The position numbers were made by a program, and so were the translations under genes. From contig CAYYOV010000014.1 of the NCBI GenBank assembly GCA_964473365.1, positions 137 through 64,136 of the forward strand: 64,000 bases of DNA, in the 5' to 3' direction. The notes beneath the pieces are model-generated. The model was not told the DNA's origin. It did not search any database and was given only the letters and a program-made list of their open reading frames with translations. This document shows positions 46,173 to 54,437 of the stretch, one piece after another (position 1 is the stretch's first letter; each line of letters starts with the position of its first letter). Origin of the DNA: an uncultured Ignavibacteriaceae bacterium. GTDB taxonomy: Bacteria > Bacteroidota > Ignavibacteria > UBA10030.

Positions 46173-46393
46173 GATCGATCATTTTGAATGTGTGGATCCA
46201 ACGAGTGGCCTTGATGCTGGTCGGAGGCGGGGTGGGCTACTGGTACTATGCCGCCATCGGTTGCGAGCGCGGTTGTGCGATCACCAGCGATCCTTGGATC
46301 AGCACAGCTTACGGTGCACTCATCGGATTTCTGGTCCACCCGGCCCGATTCCGAAGCACCAAACCAGCGGACACGGACGGAGGGACATCATGA
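46160..46393 (+). CDS. Small 2-TM membrane protein with a GCERGC motif (DUF6132-like)
   Basis: The pattern GYWYYAAIGCERGCAITSDPWISTAYGALIGFL resembles the small Cys-pair membrane proteins found next to thioredoxin/rhodanese genes in FCB genomes. It overlaps both neighbours. Confidence 0.55.
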   Translation: MATLRSIILNVWIQRVALMLVGGGVGYWYYAAIGCERGCAITSDPWISTAYGALIGFLVHPARFRSTKPADTDGGTS

Positions 46394-46773
46394 GCTACGG
46401 TATCGGAACGACGACCTCGTATACATTCGAGCAGGCGATCGAACGCGTTACGGAGGAGCTGAAGAAAGAAGGGTTCGGCGTCCTGATGTCCATTGACATG
46501 CAGGACACGTTGAAAAAGAAGATCAACGCGGACATCGAGCGGTACACGATCCTGGGGGCATGCAATCCGCCGTTCGCCCTTAAGGCCCTGGCGGCTGAAG
46601 AAGAGGTTGGTCTTTTGCTACCCTGCAATGTCATCGTGTACGAGAAGGATGGAAAGACGGCCGTAAGCGCTTTCGACCCGTTGGTGATGGAGCAGATCAT
46701 ACAGAATGAAGCGATGAAGCCGATCGCGGCTGAGGTGGAAGCCAGGTTGCGGCGGGTGATCGCATCCCTCTAA
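46390..46773 (+). CDS. DUF302 domain protein
   Basis: The pattern FEQAIERVTEELKKEGFGVLMSIDMQDTLKKK...YTILGACNPPFA...LLLPCNVIVYE is characteristic of DUF302. ATG 46390 overlaps the previous stop (ATGA). Confidence 0.85.
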   Translation: MSYGIGTTTSYTFEQAIERVTEELKKEGFGVLMSIDMQDTLKKKINADIERYTILGACNPPFALKALAAEEEVGLLLPCNVIVYEKDGKTAVSAFDPLVMEQIIQNEAMKPIAAEVEARLRRVIASL

Positions 46774-46832
46774 GAAAATCGAACCACGAAGGAATGCATC
46801 GTGGACAATATCTCTGTCAATCGGGAGCCCCT

Positions 46833-47201
46833 ATGTCAACGCATCTGAATACTCAGGAATTCAAAGAGAAGGTCTTCAACTACGATACGAACTCGGAGTG
46901 GAAGTTCTCCGGGCCGCGTCCGGCGGTCATCGACTTCTGGGCGCCGTGGTGCGGTCCCTGCCGTGTGGTCGGCCCCGTTCTCGATGAGCTCTCGAAGGAA
47001 TACGAGGGAAAGATCGACGTCTATAAAGTGAACGTCGACGATGAACAAGAGGTCGCGAGCGTCTTTGGCATCCGGAGCATCCCATCGATGCTCTTCGTGC
47101 CTGCATCCGGACAGCCCAAGATGGCGGTCGGTGCGCTTCCCAAGGAGGCGCTGAAGGAGGCCATCGAGAAGGAACTGCTGGCGCCGTCGGCTGAAGGGTA
47201 G
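46833..47201 (+). CDS. trxA: Thioredoxin
   Basis: WAPWCGPC active site and thioredoxin-fold pattern (VDFWAPWCGPCR...VNVDDEQEVASVFGIRSIPSMLF). Confidence 0.9.
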   Translation: MSTHLNTQEFKEKVFNYDTNSEWKFSGPRPAVIDFWAPWCGPCRVVGPVLDELSKEYEGKIDVYKVNVDDEQEVASVFGIRSIPSMLFVPASGQPKMAVGALPKEALKEAIEKELLAPSAEG

Positions 47202-47256
47202 AAGCGGAACACAGAGTTCCGCAGAGTCGTCACAGAGATCCACATACGGATCGTAC

Positions 47257-47282
47257 GAGCCCGGGAGGACATCCCTGGGCTC
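47257..47282 (+). terminator. Stem-loops 3' of the thioredoxin gene (this one plus a 7-bp stem at 47204-47222)
   Basis: GAGCCCGGGA / TCCC(T)GGGCTC followed by GTTCGCTTTGT. Also GCGGAAC-ACAGA-GTTCCGC immediately after the stop. Confidence 0.45.
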
Positions 47283-47520
47283 GTTCGCTTTGTAGGAGGG
47301 GAACGTTCAGGCGAAGCGGCTGACAAATGTTCCTATCAGGATCTCTGGAACGCTCGGCGCTGACGCTGTGGGGTGTCTGTGATGCGTTTCATTCTTGGCG
47401 GCGATCACGTGTGTCGCGCTGTTTTGATAGACGTTGCAGTGTGTACGCTGTCTCCGCTGGCTCGAAACAGATGCGGGACACGAACCTGCCTGCCGGCAGG
47501 AGTACACAAGAAAATAAATA

Positions 47521-47566
47521 CGTACCTTCGTGTACCTTCGCTCTGTTTCGTGAAACTTCGTGTGAC
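47521..47566 (+). promoter_or_regulatory. Four helically phased decamers ending in TTCG upstream of the SGNH hydrolase gene
   Basis: CGTACCTTCG TGTACCTTCG CTCTGTTTCG TGAAACTTCG TGTGAC. The TTCG(T/C) cores recur at exactly 10-nt spacing, 27-66 nt upstream of GTG 47587. Confidence 0.45.
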
Positions 47567-47586
47567 GCCTTTTTGAGAGGTGCCCC

Positions 47587-48258
47587 GTGCGTCTTCTTTC
47601 GGTCCTGGTGCTTTTCTCCGTCCTTGTTGTACCGCTGTTCTCGCAATCCACTGCTTCCCTCGACTCGCTCTATCTCAAGAGCGCTCACTACCGCCACATG
47701 ACCGACCTCTGGGCCCGCTACCGGCCCGCGAGGGCCGACGTCGTGATGCTCGGCAACTCTATCACGGCCGGGGTGGAATGGAGCGAGCTCCTAGGACGTC
47801 CGAACATCCTCAATCGCGGCATCGGTGGTGACAACCTCGTAGGGTTCTTGCACCGTCTCGAGTATGTCCTTCCGCTCCGGCCGAAGGTCTGCTTCGTCAT
47901 GGGGGGCATCAACGACCTCTACGCGGGGTACACGGCCGACCAGGTGTTCCGCAACTATACCGCTCTGCTCGATTCTCTCCGCGGAGCATCGATCATTCCG
48001 ATCGTCCAATCGACCCTTCACGTTTCGCCACGCTGGCGCCTGGCGGACGAGAGGAACCCGCAGGTCGCCCGGCTGAATGAACTCCTTTCCACGCATTGTC
48101 GTGAGCACGGGTTGACCTTCATTGACCTGAACGCCCGTCTGTCCGAAGGGGGACGTCTCCGGGACGAGTTCACGACGGACGGGGTTCATTTGACGGCGCG
48201 GGCATATGCTGTCTGGGGTGAGGTGCTCGAGCCCGAATTGCGACGCCATGGGCTGTAG
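47587..48258 (+). CDS. SGNH/GDSL-family hydrolase (secreted esterase)
   Basis: Signal peptide. Block I LGNSIT, block III GGINDL, block V DGVHLT. Confidence 0.85.
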   Translation: MRLLSVLVLFSVLVVPLFSQSTASLDSLYLKSAHYRHMTDLWARYRPARADVVMLGNSITAGVEWSELLGRPNILNRGIGGDNLVGFLHRLEYVLPLRPKVCFVMGGINDLYAGYTADQVFRNYTALLDSLRGASIIPIVQSTLHVSPRWRLADERNPQVARLNELLSTHCREHGLTFIDLNARLSEGGRLRDEFTTDGVHLTARAYAVWGEVLEPELRRHGL

Positions 48259-48324
48259 GCCGCGTCCGCTTGAATTTCAACCGGATTTCCGGTAGGATAC
48301 TTTCCCACATCGAGCGATCCATTC

Positions 48325-49020
48325 GTGTCTGCCGCCGCGCTCCATCCCAGAGAATCTGAACGCCTTGACGCATTGCGCCGGTACCGCATTCTCGACACGG
48401 CTCCGGAGCGGGCATTCGACGACCTGACGTATCTGGCGTCGTTCTTTTGCAAGACGCCGATGTCGCTCGTCACGTTCGTCGATCGTGACCGGCAATGGTT
48501 CAAGTCGCGGGTCGGAGTCCAACACCCGCAGACGTCGCGCAAGATCTCGTTCTGCGCTCACACGATCCTCCAGCCGACGGTCATGGTCGTTCCCGACATG
48601 CATGAGGACGACCGCTTCAGGGACAACCCGCTCGTGACGCACGAACCATCGGTCCGGTTCTATGCCGGGGCCCCGATCCTCAGCCCCGAAGGACTTCCGC
48701 TCGGCGCGCTCTGTGTGCTGGACCGAGTGCCGCGGACGCTCACGGTCGGACAGGAAGAGGCCTTGCGGGCGATGTCGCGCATCGCCGGCGCGGTCCTCGA
48801 GTCGAAGCGCTCGGTCGGTGAATTGGCTGTGGCAACGGAACGTCTCAACCTCCTGAGCCACATGATGCCGGTCTGTTCTTCGTGCGGACGCCTGCAGAGT
48901 GAATCGGGTGCATGGACGTCGCTCGAGCTCTTTGTCCGCGAACACGCGCATCAGGCGGGTGAGCTGCGGACCTGTCCCGATTGCGCCAAACGCCTCTACC
49001 CGAACTACATCCGCACCTGA
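48325..49020 (+). CDS. GAF-domain protein with a C-terminal CxxC...H...CxxC module
   Basis: The N-terminal ERLDALRRYRILDTAPERAFDDLTYLAS is typical of this GAF subfamily. The C-terminus reads CSSCGRLQSESGAWTSLELFVREHAHQAGELRTCPDCAKRLYP. GTG start. Confidence 0.8.
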   Translation: MSAAALHPRESERLDALRRYRILDTAPERAFDDLTYLASFFCKTPMSLVTFVDRDRQWFKSRVGVQHPQTSRKISFCAHTILQPTVMVVPDMHEDDRFRDNPLVTHEPSVRFYAGAPILSPEGLPLGALCVLDRVPRTLTVGQEEALRAMSRIAGAVLESKRSVGELAVATERLNLLSHMMPVCSSCGRLQSESGAWTSLELFVREHAHQAGELRTCPDCAKRLYPNYIRT

Positions 49021-49028
49021 CGACCACC

Positions 49029-52000
49029 GTGCGCTCCATCGCCCCCACCGGCCAGTCGGCATTCCGTGCGCGCGCCTGGTCCTTCCTGACGGCCGTCTTC
49101 CTGATCGTTGCATCTGCCGACGCCCAGACGATCTTTTCGTCCAAGGGTGAACCTTACATCCTCGACCAGTGGACGGTGAACGAGGGTCTGCCGCAGAACA
49201 CCGTGTCGGCCGTCGTTCAGACCTTCGACGGATTTCTGTGGCTTGCAACGAACGGCGGCCTTGTCCGCTTCGACGGCGTGCGCTTCCATACGTTTGAACG
49301 CATCTCTCCGACCGACGACCGCGCCTTCCGCATCACCAGTCTCGTCGAAGGACACGACAGCACGCTCTGGGTCGGAACGGAAGATGGCCAATTGTTCCGG
49401 TATCGTGCTGAGCATTTCGACCTCGTGTCGGCTCGGCAGGGAGCTGAGCCGACATTGTCGATCCTCGCTCTTGCACAGGATTCATCCGGGGTGATCTGGC
49501 TGGGAAGGATGAATGCAGGATTGGCGCGGGTCATGGGGTCGTCAGACGGCAAAGATTCGGTCACGCAATCAAGTTTACAGCCGACGTGGCAGATCCCGAT
49601 CGTGAGTACGATCAAAGCCAGTTCCACCGGATCTCTCTGGATCGGCGGCGGGGGGATTGCCGAACTGAAGGGATCCGGCATTCAGACGCACGAATTGCCG
49701 GAGCTGGACGCTCACGACTTGGTCGTCTCGGTGACGGTGGATTCGGCCGGACACGTATGGGCTGGCACCTCGGCGGGCCGCCTGTTTGAGCTCCATCAAC
49801 GCAAATTCGTCGAGACGCCGGCAACGCGCCTCCGGGATTCGTATGCGTTCGACGAAGTCCTTTTCGACGGACCGCCGGCCCTGATCAACGCCATGCGGTC
49901 GGGTGTGTTGCGGTATCTGGACGGCCGATTCTATCGGCAAGGGACCGAGCGATGGGGCCGGGCATTCATGGTCCGCAGCGTGTTGACCGACCGTGAAGAG
50001 AACACCTGGATTGGGACCGTGAGCCAGGGGTTATTCAGGATCCGTCGCGCCACGTTTGACCACTGGGACCTCGACGACCCGCAGCGCAATGTCACGGCCA
50101 TGGTGCATGACGGTCGACACGGCACCTGGGTTGGATTGAATTGTGGGGGCGTGCTGTTGGTTCGCGACGGAAAGGTCATCCCACATCCAGTCTCGAGGTT
50201 GTTGAGTGGCCAGTGTGTGTGGTCACTGACCGTCGACCCGAGAGGGCGTCTCTGGGTTGGAACGTGGGGAGCTGGCCTCTGGAGAATGGACCCGGATCAG
50301 CCGGAGGCAACAGTACGACGGTGGGGTGCATCAAGTGGACTTCGAAGCGATGTGATCATGGCGCTCGAGCCCCGCCGCGCGGGAGGTCTGTGGGTGGGAA
50401 CACAGAATGCCGGCTTGGCTCACCTGAATGGTGAGAACGTTGAGCGCTGGACCACCAAGGAAGGCCTTCCTTCGGATGACATTCGCTCGTTCGCCGAGGA
50501 CAGCTTGGGCCGTCTCTGGATCGGCACACAGCTGGGACCGGCGGTCCTCGAAGCGGGGGATGTCCGTCGGCTCGCAGGGCCCTCCGGAAGCAACTACGCG
50601 CCCGTTCGGACCGTCATGCTCGATGGGGCCGGCTCTGTGTGGATGGGGACCTATGGCGGCGGACTCTTGCGGTGGAAGAACGGTAACCTGGTGCGGATCA
50701 CGACGAGCGATGGCCTCTACGACAATATCATATCCCAATTTCTGATCGGCCCGAATGGGTACGCATGGATGGGATGCAATCGCGGTATCTGGAAGGTCGC
50801 GCTCCAGGAATTGAACGCCGTCGCCGATGGTCGCATCGAGCAAGTCACTTCGATCACGTACGGACGTGGTGATGGCTTGCGCACCATCGAAACGAACGGG
50901 GGCTTCCAGCCGGCAGGTCTGCGACATCCGAATGGAGAGCTGTGGTTCCCGACCGCAAGCGGGATCGCCCGTACGAACCCGACCACGCTTCGTCCCAATC
51001 GTGCCAGTCCCCCGGTGGTTGTGGAGCAGGTGTTCGTCGACCGTGTCGCGCAATCGGTGCTCCCCCAGATGCACTTTCCCGCGGGAGTTGAAGAGGTGCG
51101 CATCGAGTTCACGGCACTGAGCTTCACGGCCCCCCAGAAGGTGCGGTTCAAGTACCAAATGGTGGGCTACAACAAGTCGTGGGTGGATGTGGGCAACGAA
51201 CGGAGCGCAACATTCACCAATGTCACCCCCGGCACATACCGATTCCGTGTCATCGCCGCGAACAACGACGGCGTCTGGAATGAGGATGGCGCTGAGATCA
51301 CACTCACCTTCGAGTTCCCGTTCTGGGCGACCCTTTGGTTCCGTCTCCTCGCCGTGCTCGCGTTGGTCGGCATGGGTATGCTCGTCGTCGCGATCCGGCT
51401 TCGCCAGGTCCGTTTAGAGAAGGAACGACAGGAAGAGACGTCAAGAAGGCTCATCCAAAGTCAGGAGGAGGAGCGGCAGCGGATCGCGGGAGAGCTGCAT
51501 GACGGTTTGGGCCAGGACCTCATCGTCTCCAAGAATCGCTTGCTGCTCGCGGCCCACTATCTTCAGGACGGCACCCCGGCCAAGGACGAATTGATGAATG
51601 TCGTAGACGCCGTGACCGCGGCACTGCGGAGCGTCCGATCGATCGCATACAATTTGCGGCCGTTCCAGCTCGACCGCCTCGGACTCACGGAGACGATCCG
51701 GTCGACGGTCCGTGCGATCCAGCAGGTCACGCCCGTCAAGATCGAAACAGAGATCGCGTCGGTCGATGGCCTCTTGAACCGAGAGGCCGAGATCGGCGTG
51801 TTCCGGATTGTCCAAGAGGCTCTGACGAATGTCGTCAAGCACTCGCAAGCGACCCGCGCGAGCGTCGTCGTCGCCTACGATGAAGGTCATATCGTGATCC
51901 GCGTCGAAGACAATGGCCGGGGCTTCGATACGCCCGTCGAGGACAACGCCCTGACGTTCGGGTTCGGGCTCTCGAGCATCGAGGAGCGCGTCAAGATGCT

Positions 52001-52103
52001 CGGCGGTGTGCACAAGTTCTCGTCGTCTCCCGAGAGCGGCACGACGATCGCGGCACGGGTACCGATCGAGGGGAACGAGCCGGAACCGGCGCCGGAGCCG
52101 TGA
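49029..52103 (+). CDS. Sensor histidine kinase with periplasmic beta-propeller repeats + Y_Y_Y domain, HisKA_3 and HATPase domains
   Basis: At least 11 repeats of the W(I/V)GT..GL type (LWVGTEDGQLFRY, TWIGTVSQGLFRI, LWVGTQNAGLAHL ...). Y_Y_Y-like FKYQMVGYNKSW...GTYRFRV. A TM helix. H-box IAGELHDGLGQDL. The start is uncertain (TTG 48981 or GTG 49029). Confidence 0.9.
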   Translation: MRSIAPTGQSAFRARAWSFLTAVFLIVASADAQTIFSSKGEPYILDQWTVNEGLPQNTVSAVVQTFDGFLWLATNGGLVRFDGVRFHTFERISPTDDRAFRITSLVEGHDSTLWVGTEDGQLFRYRAEHFDLVSARQGAEPTLSILALAQDSSGVIWLGRMNAGLARVMGSSDGKDSVTQSSLQPTWQIPIVSTIKASSTGSLWIGGGGIAELKGSGIQTHELPELDAHDLVVSVTVDSAGHVWAGTSAGRLFELHQRKFVETPATRLRDSYAFDEVLFDGPPALINAMRSGVLRYLDGRFYRQGTERWGRAFMVRSVLTDREENTWIGTVSQGLFRIRRATFDHWDLDDPQRNVTAMVHDGRHGTWVGLNCGGVLLVRDGKVIPHPVSRLLSGQCVWSLTVDPRGRLWVGTWGAGLWRMDPDQPEATVRRWGASSGLRSDVIMALEPRRAGGLWVGTQNAGLAHLNGENVERWTTKEGLPSDDIRSFAEDSLGRLWIGTQLGPAVLEAGDVRRLAGPSGSNYAPVRTVMLDGAGSVWMGTYGGGLLRWKNGNLVRITTSDGLYDNIISQFLIGPNGYAWMGCNRGIWKVALQELNAVADGRIEQVTSITYGRGDGLRTIETNGGFQPAGLRHPNGELWFPTASGIARTNPTTLRPNRASPPVVVEQVFVDRVAQSVLPQMHFPAGVEEVRIEFTALSFTAPQKVRFKYQMVGYNKSWVDVGNERSATFTNVTPGTYRFRVIAANNDGVWNEDGAEITLTFEFPFWATLWFRLLAVLALVGMGMLVVAIRLRQVRLEKERQEETSRRLIQSQEEERQRIAGELHDGLGQDLIVSKNRLLLAAHYLQDGTPAKDELMNVVDAVTAALRSVRSIAYNLRPFQLDRLGLTETIRSTVRAIQQVTPVKIETEIASVDGLLNREAEIGVFRIVQEALTNVVKHSQATRASVVVAYDEGHIVIRVEDNGRGFDTPVEDNALTFGFGLSSIEERVKMLGGVHKFSSSPESGTTIAARVPIEGNEPEPAPEP

Positions 52104-52186
52104 TCTCCACGTCGAGCCCTCCACCGCATCTGCGCTGAGATGCCCAGGAAAGATGATGCGCCGTTGCGGTACACTCTTTGTCCCTG

Positions 52187-52840
52187 ATGCCCAAACCACA
52201 CACCATATTGATCGCCGATGACCATCCCGTGTTCCGACGCGGGATGGTGCAGATCATCGAGGAGAAGTTCTCCGGCTCGCGCATCGTCGAAGCCGGAAAC
52301 GGCTCTGAGGCGCTCATCGCGATCCATGATCATCGACCGACCATCGCGATCCTCGACGTCGACATGCCGAAACGGAACGGCCTCGACGTCGCCACAGAGA
52401 TCCGCCGGCGCGGACTGCAGGTGGCCGTCGTCATCCTCACGATGCACGACAACGAAGAGTTCTTCAATCGAGCGATGGATCTGGGTGTCATGGGATACGT
52501 GTTGAAGGATGGGGTCGTTGGAGAGATCGCCACCTGTCTCGAAGCGGTCGCGGCGGGGCGCCACTACTACTCTCCGCTACTGACCGATTACTGGGTGCGG
52601 CGCGACCAGGCGAAGTCCCAGATCAAAACACTCCTGGCTGGTCTTGCCGGCCTCACCCCCACCGAGCGGCACATCCTCAAGTTGATCGCGGAAAGCAAGA
52701 CCACCCGTGAGATCGCTGAGGTCCTCTTCATCAGCCCTAAGACCGTCGACAACCACCGCTCGAATATTGCCGCCAAGCTGAATCTGAAGGGGAACAATGC
52801 GGTTCTTCGCTTTGCGCTGGAGAACAAGGCGAAGATGTGA
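52187..52840 (+). CDS. NarL/FixJ-family response regulator (receiver + LuxR HTH)
   Basis: ILIADDHPVFRRG and IAILDVDMPKRNG. C-terminal LTPTERHILKLIAESKTTREIAEVLFISPKTVDNHRSNI. Confidence 0.9.
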   Translation: MPKPHTILIADDHPVFRRGMVQIIEEKFSGSRIVEAGNGSEALIAIHDHRPTIAILDVDMPKRNGLDVATEIRRRGLQVAVVILTMHDNEEFFNRAMDLGVMGYVLKDGVVGEIATCLEAVAAGRHYYSPLLTDYWVRRDQAKSQIKTLLAGLAGLTPTERHILKLIAESKTTREIAEVLFISPKTVDNHRSNIAAKLNLKGNNAVLRFALENKAKM

Positions 52841-52966
52841 CCAGCGTCACGTCCAGAGGGGTCGCATAGGGGCTGGCCCCTGGTACGTTGAGGATTCCCA
52901 CCTATTGAGCGCGCGGCAACCTCTGCCGTTATTGGTGTCGTACTAAGGACATCCAAAACCTCGCCC

Positions 52967-53338
52967 GTGAAGATTCTGCTGGTTGAACAGAACCCTACGC
53001 TTCGTGGTCTCCTGCGCTCGATCCTCGAATTGGGCCACGCCGAGATCGCGGAGGCAAGCGACGCCACCGCGGCCCTGCGGGCGTTCTCAGAGTACCGACC
53101 TGATTGGGTCCTCGTCGATCTGACGCTGCGAGAGATGGACGGTTTCGACGCGACCCGGCTCCTGAAGTCGTCGCATCCGGAGGCGAAGGTGATGCTCGTG
53201 GCCGACCAGGACAGTCTCGCGCTTCGCAAGAAGGCGCGCGCGGCTGGTGCGGGCGGCATCCTGGTCAAAGAGGACCTGTACCGTGATCTGCGGCGAACGC
53301 AGTTTCTCCCCATGGCGCCGCCACGGCCATTGCCGTGA
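52967..53338 (+). CDS. Stand-alone receiver-domain protein with an atypical acidic pocket
   Basis: The receiver fold pattern has LLVEQN in place of the usual DD/DE pair. The acceptor-like D in WVLVDLTL and the K in ILVKEDL are retained. GTG start. It ends 14 nt before the next ORF. Confidence 0.75.
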   Translation: MKILLVEQNPTLRGLLRSILELGHAEIAEASDATAALRAFSEYRPDWVLVDLTLREMDGFDATRLLKSSHPEAKVMLVADQDSLALRKKARAAGAGGILVKEDLYRDLRRTQFLPMAPPRPLP

Positions 53339-53352
53339 AGCGAACCTGAATC

Positions 53353-53865
53353 ATGGGACAGACGCTTCTATCGGCCGGACTTATTGTGATCGTGACGATC
53401 GCCGTCATCAATGCGAATCGGCTGGTCATCAACAGTCAGACTACCAAGCTCGAGGCGCAGGCTCGGCTCGAGGCGTCGGATATCGCCATGGAGATCATCA
53501 CCGAGGCCAGGACGAAGAAGTTCGATGAAAAAGTCGACGGGACCGATTGGCAGGCTGTAGACGAGTTCACAGAGGCCTCGTCACTGGGCCCGGACGGGAG
53601 TGAGTCGTTCACGATGCCCGACGTCGTTACGTATCAATCCGCATCGCGATTCGACGACTTCGATGATTACAAGGGGTACAGGCGGACCGCTTCGTCATCG
53701 CAATTGAGCGGCTACTCGGTCTCGTGCGACGTTTTCTACGTCAAGCGGGAGGCTCCTGACACAAAGACGACCAACCGAACATACTTGAAAAAAATGATCG
53801 TCTACGTGACCCACTCCCTGTATCTGCGCGACACGCTGCGCATCAGCATGACGAAGACGCATTGA
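53353..53865 (+). CDS. N-terminally anchored small protein, minor-pseudopilin-like (non-canonical)
   Basis: MGQTLLSAGLIVIVTIAVINANRL hydrophobic N-terminus followed by an amphipathic helix (EASDIAMEIITEARTKKFDE) and a beta-rich C-terminus. It lies next to pilC/pilB-like genes. No G|FTLIE leader. Function is inferred. Confidence 0.55.
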   Translation: MGQTLLSAGLIVIVTIAVINANRLVINSQTTKLEAQARLEASDIAMEIITEARTKKFDEKVDGTDWQAVDEFTEASSLGPDGSESFTMPDVVTYQSASRFDDFDDYKGYRRTASSSQLSGYSVSCDVFYVKREAPDTKTTNRTYLKKMIVYVTHSLYLRDTLRISMTKTH

Positions 53866-53866
53866 C

Positions 53867-54424
53867 ATGGGCGCGATCCTCGATATCATTGGGTCGTATA
53901 TCTTCAAGGCGGCGATGGTTGGCATCATCCTGGCGACCTCGATGTCGCTCAACGAAGTGATGACGAAGAAGGCCCAACAGACGAACCTTGAGAAGACGAT
54001 GAACATCGCATTATCGGTCGTCGACTGGGACCTTCGCAACATCGGCTACAACTACTCCGGATCATCGAAGATTGTGTATTTCAACTCGACCGGGTTCAAA
54101 TACTATGGCGATGTGGACAACAACGGCACGGTCGATTCGGTCCAGTGGGTCGTCTCATCACCGAAAGTGACGGTCGGCGACAGTCTGGTAACGAGATATA
54201 CCGTTTCGCGCAGATTGAACAACGGGTCGTACTATTCGGTCTTGTCGCGCTTGCGTCATCTCGATGTCGCCTTTCTGGATGCTTCAGGAAGCGCCACGAG
54301 TACGCCTGCCAGCGTTCGTGCGATCCGGATCAAGATCACCGCGGAATCTCCGTTTATCATTAATGGCGAGATCCTGACGGCAACTCGGCAGATTACCGTG
54401 TTCCCGCCGAACCTCGCATTCTAG
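53867..54424 (+). CDS. N-terminally anchored small protein, minor-pseudopilin-like (non-canonical)
   Basis: Starts 1 nt after the previous stop. It has a hydrophobic N-terminus (FKAAMVGIILATSMSL) and a beta-rich C-terminus whose pattern (VDNNGTVDSVQW..., IRIKITAES) recalls PilW/GspJ-type minor pilins. Function is inferred. Confidence 0.55.
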   Translation: MGAILDIIGSYIFKAAMVGIILATSMSLNEVMTKKAQQTNLEKTMNIALSVVDWDLRNIGYNYSGSSKIVYFNSTGFKYYGDVDNNGTVDSVQWVVSSPKVTVGDSLVTRYTVSRRLNNGSYYSVLSRLRHLDVAFLDASGSATSTPASVRAIRIKITAESPFIINGEILTATRQITVFPPNLAF

Positions 54425-54437
54425 TTCCCGCAAGATC

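Noticed and set aside
47202-47586. Small ORFs (47373-47576+, 47327-47701+, 47307-47651-) or an ncRNA in the 385-nt gap after the thioredoxin gene
   Set aside because: The ORFs have implausible Cys/Arg-rich composition and overlap each other. I could not recognise RNase P, SRP, tmRNA, 6S or riboswitch signatures by eye. Only hairpins and the phased TTCG array are reported.
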